From NCBI GenBank assembly GCA_964470695.1, contig CAYYDR010000001.1:75405-139404 (forward strand): a stretch of 64,000 bases of DNA, in the 5' to 3' direction. The DNA comes from an uncultured Gammaproteobacteria bacterium. GTDB taxonomy: Bacteria; Patescibacteriota; Patescibacteriia; Patescibacteriales; UBA12465. Below, in pieces: positions 36,139 to 45,065 of this stretch. Position 1 is the stretch's first letter; every line of letters starts with the position of its first letter. Both the position numbers and the translations under genes were made by a program. Under the pieces are notes generated by a model that was not told the origin of the DNA, did no database searches, and worked only from the letters and a program-made list of their open reading frames with translations.

Positions 36139-36214
36139 TGGTTGCGGGGGTCGGACTCGAACCGACGACCTCTAGGTTATGGGCCTAGCGAGCTGCCAAC
36201 TGCTCTACCCCGCT
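36139..36214 (-). tRNA. tRNA-Met(CAT), initiator-like, CCA encoded
   Basis: A1/A72 unpaired at the top of the acceptor stem, anticodon stem CTAGG/CCTAG (G30:C40, G31:C39), loop CCCATAA, T arm GTCGG-TTCGAGT-CCGAC. Confidence 0.75.
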
Positions 36215-36248
36215 ATAAATTCAATCTACTTAAAACAGCAGATAGATG

Positions 36249-36322
36249 TGGGCAATGGAGGATTCGAACCTCCGACCTCAACATTATCAGTGTTGCGCTC
36301 TAACCAACTGAGCTAATTGCCC
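36249..36322 (-). tRNA. tRNA-Ile(GAT)
   Basis: GGGCAAT acceptor, anticodon stem-loop CAACA-CTGATAA-TGTTG, T arm GGAGG-TTCGAAT-CCTCC. Confidence 0.9.
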
Positions 36323-36373
36323 GATTTTTAACTGACACGACTATAACAAATAATAAATAAAAAGGCAATAGGA

Positions 36374-37342
36374 TTATAAGCTATAAATCATCATTACTAG
36401 CTCAGTTTTGATATCGCCTCGCCCAGTCTTATTCAAGAAGTCTAGGTTAATTAAATTATTAACATGATCGCGCAGGGAATGGCTGGTAAAATTTTTTGCC
36501 TGCATAATTCCTTTCTTCACTATATAAGGATGAAGCTTGAGCCGCGGGGCAATTTCGTCGGGATTAATTTTGTCATCTAGAGCGGTTTTGATTTGAAATA
36601 AAATTTTAAACTGTCTGAGAAGCATGGTAAGCAAGTACTCGTCGCTTAGGCCGGCCGCATATTGCTCTTCTAACAGTTTGATGGCTAATTTTTTATTTTT
36701 AGCGCTTAGGGCGTCGGTGAGGCCGAAAATATTTTCGTCGTATACTCCGCTTACCATTTCTTTAACCGCCTCGGTGGTTATTTCTGGACCATCAGCATGG
36801 TAGGCTAATTTTCTAATTTCGCTGGCTATTAGCCAGACGTCGCTGTTAGTTAAATTTATTAGCAGGGAGGCAGCGTCAACTTTAATATTCTTTTTATGAG
36901 TAGCCGCTTCTTTTTTAATGAAACTGAGTAGCTGGGGGCCGCTGAGAGTTTTGAATTCTTGCGTGTATGGCTGTTTAACTAAGAGAGCAAATAGCTTTTT
37001 AGCTTCAGCTTTAAGAGCCGATCCCTTGCCGCCAACTTCTTCGTCATGGAAAATTAAAATATTATCTTCATCGCCTGAGAATTTTTTTAGATAGACGGCT
37101 AGTTCGCCGAATACTTTCTCTTTTTTATTTTTAAAAATATTACTAATTACGACTAATCTTTTTTTAACAAATAGCGATCCGGTGTTAATTTTTTCTCCGA
37201 TTTCCTTAAGAGTGGCGGTCTGGCCATCAACCACACTTAAACTGCTCGCGTTGGGATCAAGATCGCGGGTAAATTTATTTTTTAGTTCTTGGAGGAGCCG
37301 GCGAGAGCGATAAGTATCGGCGCCATGGAGAAATATTATCAT
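36374..37342 (-). CDS. holA: DNA polymerase III delta subunit (HolA-like)
   Basis: 322 aa. N-terminal IIFLHGADTYRSRRLLQEL pattern and domain layout typical of delta subunits. Confidence 0.6.
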   Translation of the reverse strand: MIIFLHGADTYRSRRLLQELKNKFTRDLDPNASSLSVVDGQTATLKEIGEKINTGSLFVKKRLVVISNIFKNKKEKVFGELAVYLKKFSGDEDNILIFHDEEVGGKGSALKAEAKKLFALLVKQPYTQEFKTLSGPQLLSFIKKEAATHKKNIKVDAASLLINLTNSDVWLIASEIRKLAYHADGPEITTEAVKEMVSGVYDENIFGLTDALSAKNKKLAIKLLEEQYAAGLSDEYLLTMLLRQFKILFQIKTALDDKINPDEIAPRLKLHPYIVKKGIMQAKNFTSHSLRDHVNNLINLDFLNKTGRGDIKTELVMMIYSL

Positions 37343-37350
37343 ATAGCTTT

Positions 37351-38217
37351 TTATAATTCGGTAATAACGGCTTGAGTCGGATTAATAATTTTTTGACCTA
37401 AGAATTTTTCCCCTAAATTTTTAAAAGCGTCCGGGTTGTCGGTCGTGTAATATTCACAGCGGGCTTTAGATACAGGAGTTAATTTTAATTCGGGATGTTT
37501 GGTTAAATAATTTGCTAGACTAGCGGATACTATTTCTCCTGGTTGAGGCACGTCTAGGCGAGATCCTAATATTCTTTTTATATCCGGGTATAAGAAAGAG
37601 TAATGAGTACAGCCTAGGATTAAGGCGCTAATCTGTTTGGCTTTAAGAGGGCGAAGGTATTTTTTTAAAATCATTTTTGTTTCTGGCTTGGCTGCCCAGC
37701 CTTCTTCTATTAGGGGGACAAGTAAAGGAGTTTGCTGCTGCTCTACTCGTAGCTGGGGATTTAATTTTTCCAGTTCTGATTTATAGGCGTTAGAGTTAAT
37801 GGTAGCTTTGGTGCCGATGACGCCGACCGCCTTTAAGTTTTTATGATTAGCAATGTTTTCTGCCAAGGGGCGAATAACCCCCAGAATGCGCCGGTGGGGA
37901 TATTTAGCTGGGAGATATTCCTGCTGTAGGCGCCTTAATGCCTGAGCGGAAGCCGTATTACAGGCGATAATAATTAGGTTGCAGCCTTTTTGAAATAAAA
38001 ATTCTACAGCTTCGCGAGTATATTCATAAATTGTTTCAGGAGATTTTTCTCCGTAGGGCAGCCGGGCGTTATCGCCTAGGTAGATATAATTATAATTTGG
38101 CAAATTTTTAAGGAAATATTTTAAAATTGTCAGTCCGCCTAGACCAGAATCAAAAACACCGATGATATTTTGTGGCTGTTTTTCGTTAGCGACCGATTTA
38201 TTTATTCTCGCGGGCAT
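37351..38217 (-). CDS. murI: Glutamate racemase
   Basis: VFDSGLGGLT, IACNTAS and GCTHY catalytic-Cys motifs. Start probably at 38217 (MPARIN), overlapping the murD end. Confidence 0.9.
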   Translation of the reverse strand: MPARINKSVANEKQPQNIIGVFDSGLGGLTILKYFLKNLPNYNYIYLGDNARLPYGEKSPETIYEYTREAVEFLFQKGCNLIIIACNTASAQALRRLQQEYLPAKYPHRRILGVIRPLAENIANHKNLKAVGVIGTKATINSNAYKSELEKLNPQLRVEQQQTPLLVPLIEEGWAAKPETKMILKKYLRPLKAKQISALILGCTHYSFLYPDIKRILGSRLDVPQPGEIVSASLANYLTKHPELKLTPVSKARCEYYTTDNPDAFKNLGEKFLGQKIINPTQAVITEL

Positions 38218-39523
38218 ATTTCTGGAACAGGTCGCCCCGCTCTTTATAATTTTTAAATAATCCAAAGCTAGCGCAGGCCGTTGACAATAGGATAATATCC
38301 CCGCTGGCGCTATGTGCTTTTGCTAGTTTAACCGCTTCTAACATGCTGTTAACTTCTTTAAGTTTAGCGGTTGGAAATTTTATTTTTTGTAATTCATTTT
38401 TTATTCGTGGCGTGGCGTGGCCGGATAATAAAATTAAGAATTTTACCTTAGTTTTTATTGTTTTAGCTAAAGCTTGGAAGTTGGCCCCCTTGTCTGCGCC
38501 GCCCGCGATTAAAATGATTGGCGCGGAGAAAGACTTTAAATCTAAGATAGTGCTTTCGGGCGTTGTAGAAAAACTATTATCAAAGTATTTGACGCCATTT
38601 TTTATGATTACTAATTCCAAGCGATGTTCTAAATTGGTAAAATTAGCAATGGTTTTTTTGTAGTGGGACGTTTTTATTTTTAGCAGCTCGGCTACGGTTA
38701 CTGCCGCCCCGATATTCTCTTGATTAAAATCGCCGGCTAGCTTTGAGGGCAGGGAAATAGCGCCAAAATAAATTACTCGGCTTTTTAATTTGGCTGCTTT
38801 TATTTTTGATTTTAGATTTTTATTAGCTATCAGATATTGGTTAGGTTTATTTTTGGCGATATTTAATTTCGCTTGCCAGTAGTTATTGTAAGAAGAGTGA
38901 AAATTAGGATTGTTCGGATCGGCGGGAGCTAAATGTTCTTTAAATAAATTGGTGACGACGGCGATTTTAGGAGAATATTCCAGATCTTCTAGTTGGAAAC
39001 TGGATAATTCTAAAATAACAAAATCTTGCGGTTTGATTTTGGTTAAAAATGATAAGGGGGCGATGCCGATGTTGCCGCCTAGCCAGACCTTTTTATTGGC
39101 GGCGCGCAAAATTTTATAAATTAAACTGGCTGTTGTGCCTTTGCCTTTAGTGCCAGTAACGCCGATGATGTTTTTAGTCGGGCAAAGAGCCATGAAGATA
39201 TTTAAGGGGCTAGAAATCTTAGTTCGGCCCTTTTTAAGAGCTTCTTGAACGCCGGGACAGGCCATGGGCCAGCCGGGAGAGCGGAATAAAATATCAAATT
39301 TATATAAATCTTGATTAAAAGACGCTTCTAACTGGTAGTTTATTTTTAGATTTAAATTTTGCGGCAAAGGCAAATATTTTTTTGCCCGAAAATCACAGAT
39401 TGTTATTTCTGCTGGCGACTTAGCTCTATTTAGCAGGGTTAATAAAGCTTGGTTATCTAAACCGAGCCCTAAAAGAGCTATCTTTTTTTTGTCTAGTTTT
39501 TTAAGCTGTGTTTGCCAAGGCAT
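38198..39523 (-). CDS. murD: UDP-N-acetylmuramoylalanine--D-glutamate ligase
   Basis: N-terminal Rossmann-like domain (IALLGLG), P-loop GVTGTKGKGTT, Mur ligase middle and C-terminal domains. Start likely at 39523 (MPWQTQ). Confidence 0.8.
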   Translation of the reverse strand: MPWQTQLKKLDKKKIALLGLGLDNQALLTLLNRAKSPAEITICDFRAKKYLPLPQNLNLKINYQLEASFNQDLYKFDILFRSPGWPMACPGVQEALKKGRTKISSPLNIFMALCPTKNIIGVTGTKGKGTTASLIYKILRAANKKVWLGGNIGIAPLSFLTKIKPQDFVILELSSFQLEDLEYSPKIAVVTNLFKEHLAPADPNNPNFHSSYNNYWQAKLNIAKNKPNQYLIANKNLKSKIKAAKLKSRVIYFGAISLPSKLAGDFNQENIGAAVTVAELLKIKTSHYKKTIANFTNLEHRLELVIIKNGVKYFDNSFSTTPESTILDLKSFSAPIILIAGGADKGANFQALAKTIKTKVKFLILLSGHATPRIKNELQKIKFPTAKLKEVNSMLEAVKLAKAHSASGDIILLSTACASFGLFKNYKERGDLFQKYARENK

Positions 39524-39534
39524 AATTAACCGGT

Positions 39535-42309
39535 TTATTTTAATTCTTCCCAATTATCGCCAATATTTTCATCAACTATAATCGGTACTCTGAGTTTTAA
39601 CCCCTCCTGCATTATTTTTTTAATCTCTTTAACGTAGGACTCAATCTTATCGGTTTTTATTTCAAAAATCAATTCATCGTGTACTTGTAGTAATAAACGA
39701 ATATTGTCTTCGTGTCCTTTAATCAGGTCGGCTATTTTTATCATCGCCATTTTAATTAAGTCGGCTGCTGTACCCTGAATCGGGGTATTGATAGCCATGC
39801 GTTCGGCGCTTTTTTTAATCATCGGTATACTGGAGTTTATTTCAGCTAGGGGGCGGCGGCGTCCAAATAAAGTAACCGCGCAAAGGTTTTCGCGAGCCTC
39901 CTTAATGGAATTATCCATCATTTTCTTGATGCCGGGGTAGGCCTCAAAATATTTTTTAATAAATTCGCTCGCCTGCCAGTAGGGGATTCCGGCGCCCTGG
40001 CTTAAGCCGTGCGGTCCCTGTCCGTAAAGAATGCCAAAGTTAATCGCCTTAGCTTCACGCCTCATTTTCTTAGTGACTTCTTCTAGCTTTACGCCGTTGA
40101 TTTCCGCGGCCGTTGCCGTATGAATATCCTCGCCTTCATTAAAGGCTTTAATCATTTTTTTATCGCCTGACATATGGGCCGCTAGACGCAGCTCAATCTG
40201 TGAATAATCAAAACTAACTAGTTTATAACTCTCGGCCGCCACGAAGGCACTTCTAATTTTTTGTCCTTCTTCGGTTCGGGTGGGAATATTTTGTAAATTA
40301 GGTTCGGTTGAAGAAAGCCGTCCCGTCGCCGCGATAGTCTGGTTAAAGCTGGTATGAATGCGGCCGGTTTTAGGATTAATCATTTTGGGCAGGGCGTTCA
40401 AATAGGTTGTTTGGAGTTTATTCAATTCCCGGTAGCTTTGCAGTAACGGGATAATAGGATGCAGATCTTGTAGCTTAGCGAGCTCATCTTCCGCCGTAGA
40501 GAAGCCGGTTTTTGTCTTTTTTAAATTCGTGGTTGGGATAGTTAATTTTTCAAAAAGGATCTCCTTTAACTGTTTGGTAGAATTAATATTAAATTTCGTT
40601 TTAGCTAACTTATGAATCCCTTTTTCTAGCTTAGCTAATTTATCGCCGACCTCCTTATCTAATTTTTGGAGAGGAGCGCTCTCCATTTTAATGCCGTTAT
40701 TTTCCATAGCGCCCAAAACAGGGATGAGGGGCATTTCAATTTTGGTGAATAACTCAGTCAGGTTATCTTCTTTAATTCGCGGACTAAAAACTTTTACTAG
40801 GCGGTTAGTAAAATCAGCATCTTCGCACGAATAAAGGCTTAATTTAGTCGGATCCAGGCTTTTAAAGTCAATTGTTAATTGTTCGGGCTGGGTATCGGCT
40901 AGATTAGTTTTGCTAATTTTTTCAAATCCCAGTTCAGTAAAGGCCAGTGAGTCTAAATTATGTTGGCGGTTAGAAGGGTTTAATAGGTAGGAGGCAATCA
41001 TGGTGTCAAAATTCAGGCCGTTTAATTCCACGCCCTGGTTTTTTAAAACGCGCCAATCAAATTTAAGGTTATGTCCGTATTTTTTTATTTTTTTATTTTC
41101 TAAAATTGGCCGTAATTCTTCCAGCCGCTCTTTAGTAGCTAAGACAAAATAAGCTTCGCCTTCTTTCCAGGAAAAACTTAAACCCAAAATATCGGAAGTA
41201 ATAGGATCTAGCCCCGAGGTTTCGGTATCAAGGGTAAAAGACTCTTGGCCTTTTAATTTTTTTAGGAAAGCGGCAAATTTTTTATCATCGTCAACTAATT
41301 GGTAATCAAATTTTTTAAGATTGCGATTAAATTTAGTTTCGTCGGAGCTGGCCGATCCTTTTTGGCTGTCATCTGCTTCTGCACCCTCTGATTGATTATG
41401 ATCTTTATTAATTTTATCGCGTAGCTCCTTTACTTTTGTTAATAGAGATTTAAATTCAAACTCGCTGAAGAGTGTCATGACACGCTCTAAATCAAAAGAA
41501 GAGAATTCTATATTATCAAGCGTAAACTTTATGGGCGCGGCTAAGTTTATGGTAGCCAATTGTTGGCTTAAATAAGCATTATCCTTGCTAGCTTTTAGTA
41601 GCTCTAGAATGCGCGGTTTAATTTTGGAGCTATTTTTTTCAACGGCTTGGTAGACTCCATCTAAATTAGCAAATTCAATTAGTAATTCACTAGCTGTTTT
41701 TTCACCTATCCCTTTAACGCCGGGGATGTTATCACTGGGGTCGCCACGCAAGGCTTTATAATCAATAATTTGATCAGGTCTTAGGCCATAGCGCTCTTTT
41801 ACTTGGGCGGCATCGTACAAGACGCTATCTGACAAGCCGCGGCTCATGGTGTAGACTTTAGTTTTTTCATTTATTAATTGCAGAGTATCTAAATCACCGG
41901 TGATGATTACTCGGTCTAGATTTTTAATATTTTTAGTCTGGTCACAGATAGTGCCTATTAAGTCGTCCGCCTCGTAACCGTCAAGCTCAAAAATAGGGAT
42001 GTTAAAGGCGGTTGCCACCCTTTTTACTAGAGGAATTTGTTCATATAACTCATCGGGCGCCTTAACGCGAGTTGCCTTATAGTCAACATAGGCCTCATGG
42101 CGGAAAGTCGGCCCCTTTTTATCTAAAGTCAAAACAACATATTCGGGATGGAATTCATTAATGGCTTTGAGTAGAAAGGAAGTAAAGCCATAGACGGCAT
42201 TAACTAGCAGGCCATTTTTGGTTCGTAGAGTAGGCGGAAGGGCGTGAAAACTGCGATGAATAAGGGCATTTCCGTCAACAATAATTAGTTTTGGTTTAGT
42301 TTTAGACAT
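39535..42309 (-). CDS. polA: DNA polymerase I (5'-3' exo, 3'-5' exo-like and polymerase domains)
   Basis: 924 aa. FEN-like N-terminus (LIIVDGNALIHRSFHA), motif A DYSQIELR, motif B RREAKAINFGILYG, motif C QVHDEL. Confidence 0.97.
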   Translation of the reverse strand: MSKTKPKLIIVDGNALIHRSFHALPPTLRTKNGLLVNAVYGFTSFLLKAINEFHPEYVVLTLDKKGPTFRHEAYVDYKATRVKAPDELYEQIPLVKRVATAFNIPIFELDGYEADDLIGTICDQTKNIKNLDRVIITGDLDTLQLINEKTKVYTMSRGLSDSVLYDAAQVKERYGLRPDQIIDYKALRGDPSDNIPGVKGIGEKTASELLIEFANLDGVYQAVEKNSSKIKPRILELLKASKDNAYLSQQLATINLAAPIKFTLDNIEFSSFDLERVMTLFSEFEFKSLLTKVKELRDKINKDHNQSEGAEADDSQKGSASSDETKFNRNLKKFDYQLVDDDKKFAAFLKKLKGQESFTLDTETSGLDPITSDILGLSFSWKEGEAYFVLATKERLEELRPILENKKIKKYGHNLKFDWRVLKNQGVELNGLNFDTMIASYLLNPSNRQHNLDSLAFTELGFEKISKTNLADTQPEQLTIDFKSLDPTKLSLYSCEDADFTNRLVKVFSPRIKEDNLTELFTKIEMPLIPVLGAMENNGIKMESAPLQKLDKEVGDKLAKLEKGIHKLAKTKFNINSTKQLKEILFEKLTIPTTNLKKTKTGFSTAEDELAKLQDLHPIIPLLQSYRELNKLQTTYLNALPKMINPKTGRIHTSFNQTIAATGRLSSTEPNLQNIPTRTEEGQKIRSAFVAAESYKLVSFDYSQIELRLAAHMSGDKKMIKAFNEGEDIHTATAAEINGVKLEEVTKKMRREAKAINFGILYGQGPHGLSQGAGIPYWQASEFIKKYFEAYPGIKKMMDNSIKEARENLCAVTLFGRRRPLAEINSSIPMIKKSAERMAINTPIQGTAADLIKMAMIKIADLIKGHEDNIRLLLQVHDELIFEIKTDKIESYVKEIKKIMQEGLKLRVPIIVDENIGDNWEELK

Positions 42310-42666
42310 GAGTTAATTTTATCATTTTTAATAGGTAGGAGCAAAGTTAAGATAAGTATAGATGAATACCAAGAAAAAAGCAGCTCCGGTAAAGAAAGCT
42401 GCTTTTGTGTTGCTTTGAGGGGGTTGATAATTGTTAAAAAAATTGTTGATTTTAGAGTGTTACCAATAAATTGAATGAACGAATCAACCCTCTCTAACTA
42501 CTTTGTGATGCGGGCCCATCTCATTAGTCTAGTGAAAATTGAAATCTTTACTAGTAAAAATGTGATGAATCTAAATAAATTAATAATTTGTTAATTAATA
42601 ATGAATCTAGACTAGTCCTAGAGACTGGAGAAAAAATCTAGAAAGTCTCAGGAGATGAGCCCTTAG

Positions 42667-42834
42667 TTAATCAGTAGCGACACCGATTCCCGGTTCGCCA
42701 AAAGATAAATCATTTTGGCATTTCTTGGGAATTCCAGTCGCCCTGCTTGCTTGGCTTACCAAGTAGGGAGCTGGTGTGCCCTGATTAACGAAGACCATTG
42801 TTGATAAAAATGACGAAAGAACATACAAACGCAT
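42667..42834 (-). CDS. Candidate 55-codon secreted peptide (below the ORF-track length cutoff)
   Basis: SD GAGGAGAG 3 nt before the ATG. Translates to MRLYVLSSFLSTMVFVNQGTPAPYLVSQASRATGIPKKCQNDLSFGEPGIGVATD. Upstream TTGACA/TAATAT promoter-like boxes. Confidence 0.3.
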   Translation of the reverse strand: MRLYVLSSFLSTMVFVNQGTPAPYLVSQASRATGIPKKCQNDLSFGEPGIGVATD

Positions 42835-42953
42835 AATCTCTCCTCGTTAATTGGTAATATTTATATTAGCACTGCTATTTTTAATGTCAAGAGGGGTTAT
42901 TTCCTCTTTTTAATAATAAAATGATATAATAAAAATTAGCCAAAATTACAATT

Positions 42954-43694
42954 ATGATAAAAAAAGAGATTATAATTTCCGGCCTGAAAGTTAGTTATCT
43001 AATTAGCGCCGATTTCAATCCTAATCAAGCTATAGTTTTTTTGCCTGGCTGGAAATCTCCGGTTGATTTATTTTGTTCAATCATGGGCGATACCCCTAAT
43101 TTATTAGCAGTTAATCTGCCTGGTTGGGGCGGTAGCGAAAAAGCTAAGGCAACCTGGGGTCTAAAGGAATATGCCGTTTTTGTTAAGGAATTTTTGCAGA
43201 GACTAGGAATTAATAAGCCGGTTTTGATCGGCCATAGCATAGGCGGGACAATTGCGGTTGAGTATTTAAGCCAGGGCGGAGAAGCCCAGAAGCTAATTAT
43301 TATCAGCGGCGCTATTATTAGAGAAAAGTCAGTTAAGGTCAAGGCCTTAATGATGGGAGCTAAAATATTTCGTTTTTGTCTGCCCTTTATTAATAAAAAA
43401 TGGCGGGCGCGTTTAGCCGGCCAGACGCTCAGCCCTGATTATGTTCAGGCCGGCGAACTGGAAGAAGTTTACAAAAAGGTTATTGGTGAAGATAGACAAG
43501 AAGTATTTTCTAGGCTAAAATTACCTATTATTTTAATTTGGGGTCGCGATGATAAAGATACCCCTTATGCTCAGGCCGAAAAATTAAGCAGTCTCCAGCC
43601 CCTGGCTATTCTAGAGCCCATTATTGGGGCGGGCCACTATTGTTTTTTAGATCAGCCGCAAAAATTTCGGGAAGCAATTATTAAATTTTTATGA
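42954..43694 (+). CDS. Alpha/beta-fold hydrolase
   Basis: Nucleophile elbow GHSIGG, HG-like oxyanion region (FLPGW), C-terminal GAGHY. Confidence 0.75.
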   Translation: MIKKEIIISGLKVSYLISADFNPNQAIVFLPGWKSPVDLFCSIMGDTPNLLAVNLPGWGGSEKAKATWGLKEYAVFVKEFLQRLGINKPVLIGHSIGGTIAVEYLSQGGEAQKLIIISGAIIREKSVKVKALMMGAKIFRFCLPFINKKWRARLAGQTLSPDYVQAGELEEVYKKVIGEDRQEVFSRLKLPIILIWGRDDKDTPYAQAEKLSSLQPLAILEPIIGAGHYCFLDQPQKFREAIIKFL

Positions 43695-45061
43695 ATATAG
43701 TTCGTAAATTAATTTATATTTTACAGAAGGAGTCTTATGACCCCAGACGGTTCTTGTCTTTTGTTTATCATAATTGGCGCTGGTGGTCGCTGGAAAAAAG
43801 ACAGGCGATTGATTGGACGAATAAAGCGAGAGCCCTATATTTTGCTTTGTGGATATTAGTGGCAGCCCTACTTATTTTATTTGGATATTTTTGGCATTTC
43901 TGGGTGCTATTATTTTTGGTTATTTTGATTCCAGCCTTGCCTCTATTAGCTTTATTAGTTTTGTTACTATTTTATCCCTTTGATTATATTTTAAAAAAGA
44001 GGGTTATCAATAAAGCCAAGCAGACTTTAGCTAAGACTAGAGTGAAAGTTATCGGTATAACCGGCAGTTATGGTAAGACTAGCCTCAAGGAAATTTTAGC
44101 CATCGTCTTAGGCAGTGGATTCAAGGTAATAAAAACCCCCAATAATGTTAATACTGATTTAGGAGTAGCTTACTTTATTTTGTCTCATCAGGCCGAGATT
44201 GCTACGGCTGATTTTTTTATTGTGGAAATGGGCGCCTACCAAATAGGCGACATTGCTAAAGTCTGTAATCTAGTCAGTCCGGATTATTCTTTCTTAACTG
44301 GTATTAATGAATCGCATCTAGAAAGATTTGGCAGCCTGCAAAATACTATTAAAGCTAAATTTGAGCTAGGCGAAAGGACTGCCAAGAGAGTGGTTTTAAA
44401 TTTTACCGATCAGAATGTTAAAGATAACTATTCCCATTTTAAATTACCAGCCCATCTTGATGTAGATAATTCCTGGGTCAGCAATATTAAAGTTTTGCCG
44501 AATTTTACTGGCTTATCTTTTGAATATGCCGGACATATTTTCTCTACTCCCTGGTTAGCGCAGCATAATATTATTCTAATAGTTATGGCGCTCGCTTTAG
44601 CCGCAGAACTTGGCTTGGATTTATCTAGAGCCAAGGCCCCTCTAGCCTCCGCTCCTTTTATTAAGAATCGTCTGGAGCCGATTTGGAACGCCGTTTCCCG
44701 GTTAATGATTATTGATGATAGTTATAATGGTAATTTTTCCGGTTTTGTCAGCGGCCTAGAAGTTTTAGATAGAGCTCCTGGCCGAAAGCTAGTCATTACT
44801 CCGGGACTGGTAGAGCTAGGAAAAAAGAAGGAAGAACGGCACCGAGAAATTGCCCGTTTATATGCTTCAAAAAATTTAGATTTAGTGCTATTAATTAAGA
44901 ATAGCGCTACTAGTTATATTATTGATGAATTTATTAAAATAGGTTTTTCTAAATATAAAGTATACCTTGACGCTTTGTCTGCTCATCAAGATCTCGGCTC
45001 GGTATTAAAGGAGGGGGATACAATTATTTTTCAGAATGATTGGCCGGATAATTATAAATAA
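43691..45061 (+). CDS. murF: MurF-family ligase with a hydrophobic N-terminal region replacing the usual N-domain
   Basis: P-loop GITGSYGKTS, VEMGAYQIGDI, TGINESHLERFGS, DDSYNGN. The first ~110 aa contain 2-3 TM-like helices. Confidence 0.7.
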   Translation: MNIVRKLIYILQKESYDPRRFLSFVYHNWRWWSLEKRQAIDWTNKARALYFALWILVAALLILFGYFWHFWVLLFLVILIPALPLLALLVLLLFYPFDYILKKRVINKAKQTLAKTRVKVIGITGSYGKTSLKEILAIVLGSGFKVIKTPNNVNTDLGVAYFILSHQAEIATADFFIVEMGAYQIGDIAKVCNLVSPDYSFLTGINESHLERFGSLQNTIKAKFELGERTAKRVVLNFTDQNVKDNYSHFKLPAHLDVDNSWVSNIKVLPNFTGLSFEYAGHIFSTPWLAQHNIILIVMALALAAELGLDLSRAKAPLASAPFIKNRLEPIWNAVSRLMIIDDSYNGNFSGFVSGLEVLDRAPGRKLVITPGLVELGKKKEERHREIARLYASKNLDLVLLIKNSATSYIIDEFIKIGFSKYKVYLDALSAHQDLGSVLKEGDTIIFQNDWPDNYK

Positions 45062-45065
45062 ATAT

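Noticed and set aside
35737-36303. ORFs 35737..35937 (minus strand) and 36118..36303 (plus strand).
   Set aside because: They fall inside the group I intron / tRNA-Phe 3' exon and across the tRNA-fMet and tRNA-Ile genes, so they are explained by RNA genes.
42310-42953. Possibility that the structured region encodes RNase P RNA, tmRNA, SRP RNA or 6S RNA.
   Set aside because: I found none of the expected motifs on either strand. There is no GAGGAAAGUCCGGGC / ACAGAACCCGGCUUA pair (RNase P), no tRNA-like GGTTCGA..CCACCA 3' end (tmRNA), and no GGAAGCAGCC-type domain IV with a GNRA loop (SRP; only a weak AAGCAGGG resemblance). Left as an unclassified structured region.
42310-42953. Possibility of a replication origin (also considered for 19692-20054 and 21528-21808).
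   Set aside because: No TTATCCACA-like DnaA boxes were seen, and no dnaA or dnaN gene is adjacent.
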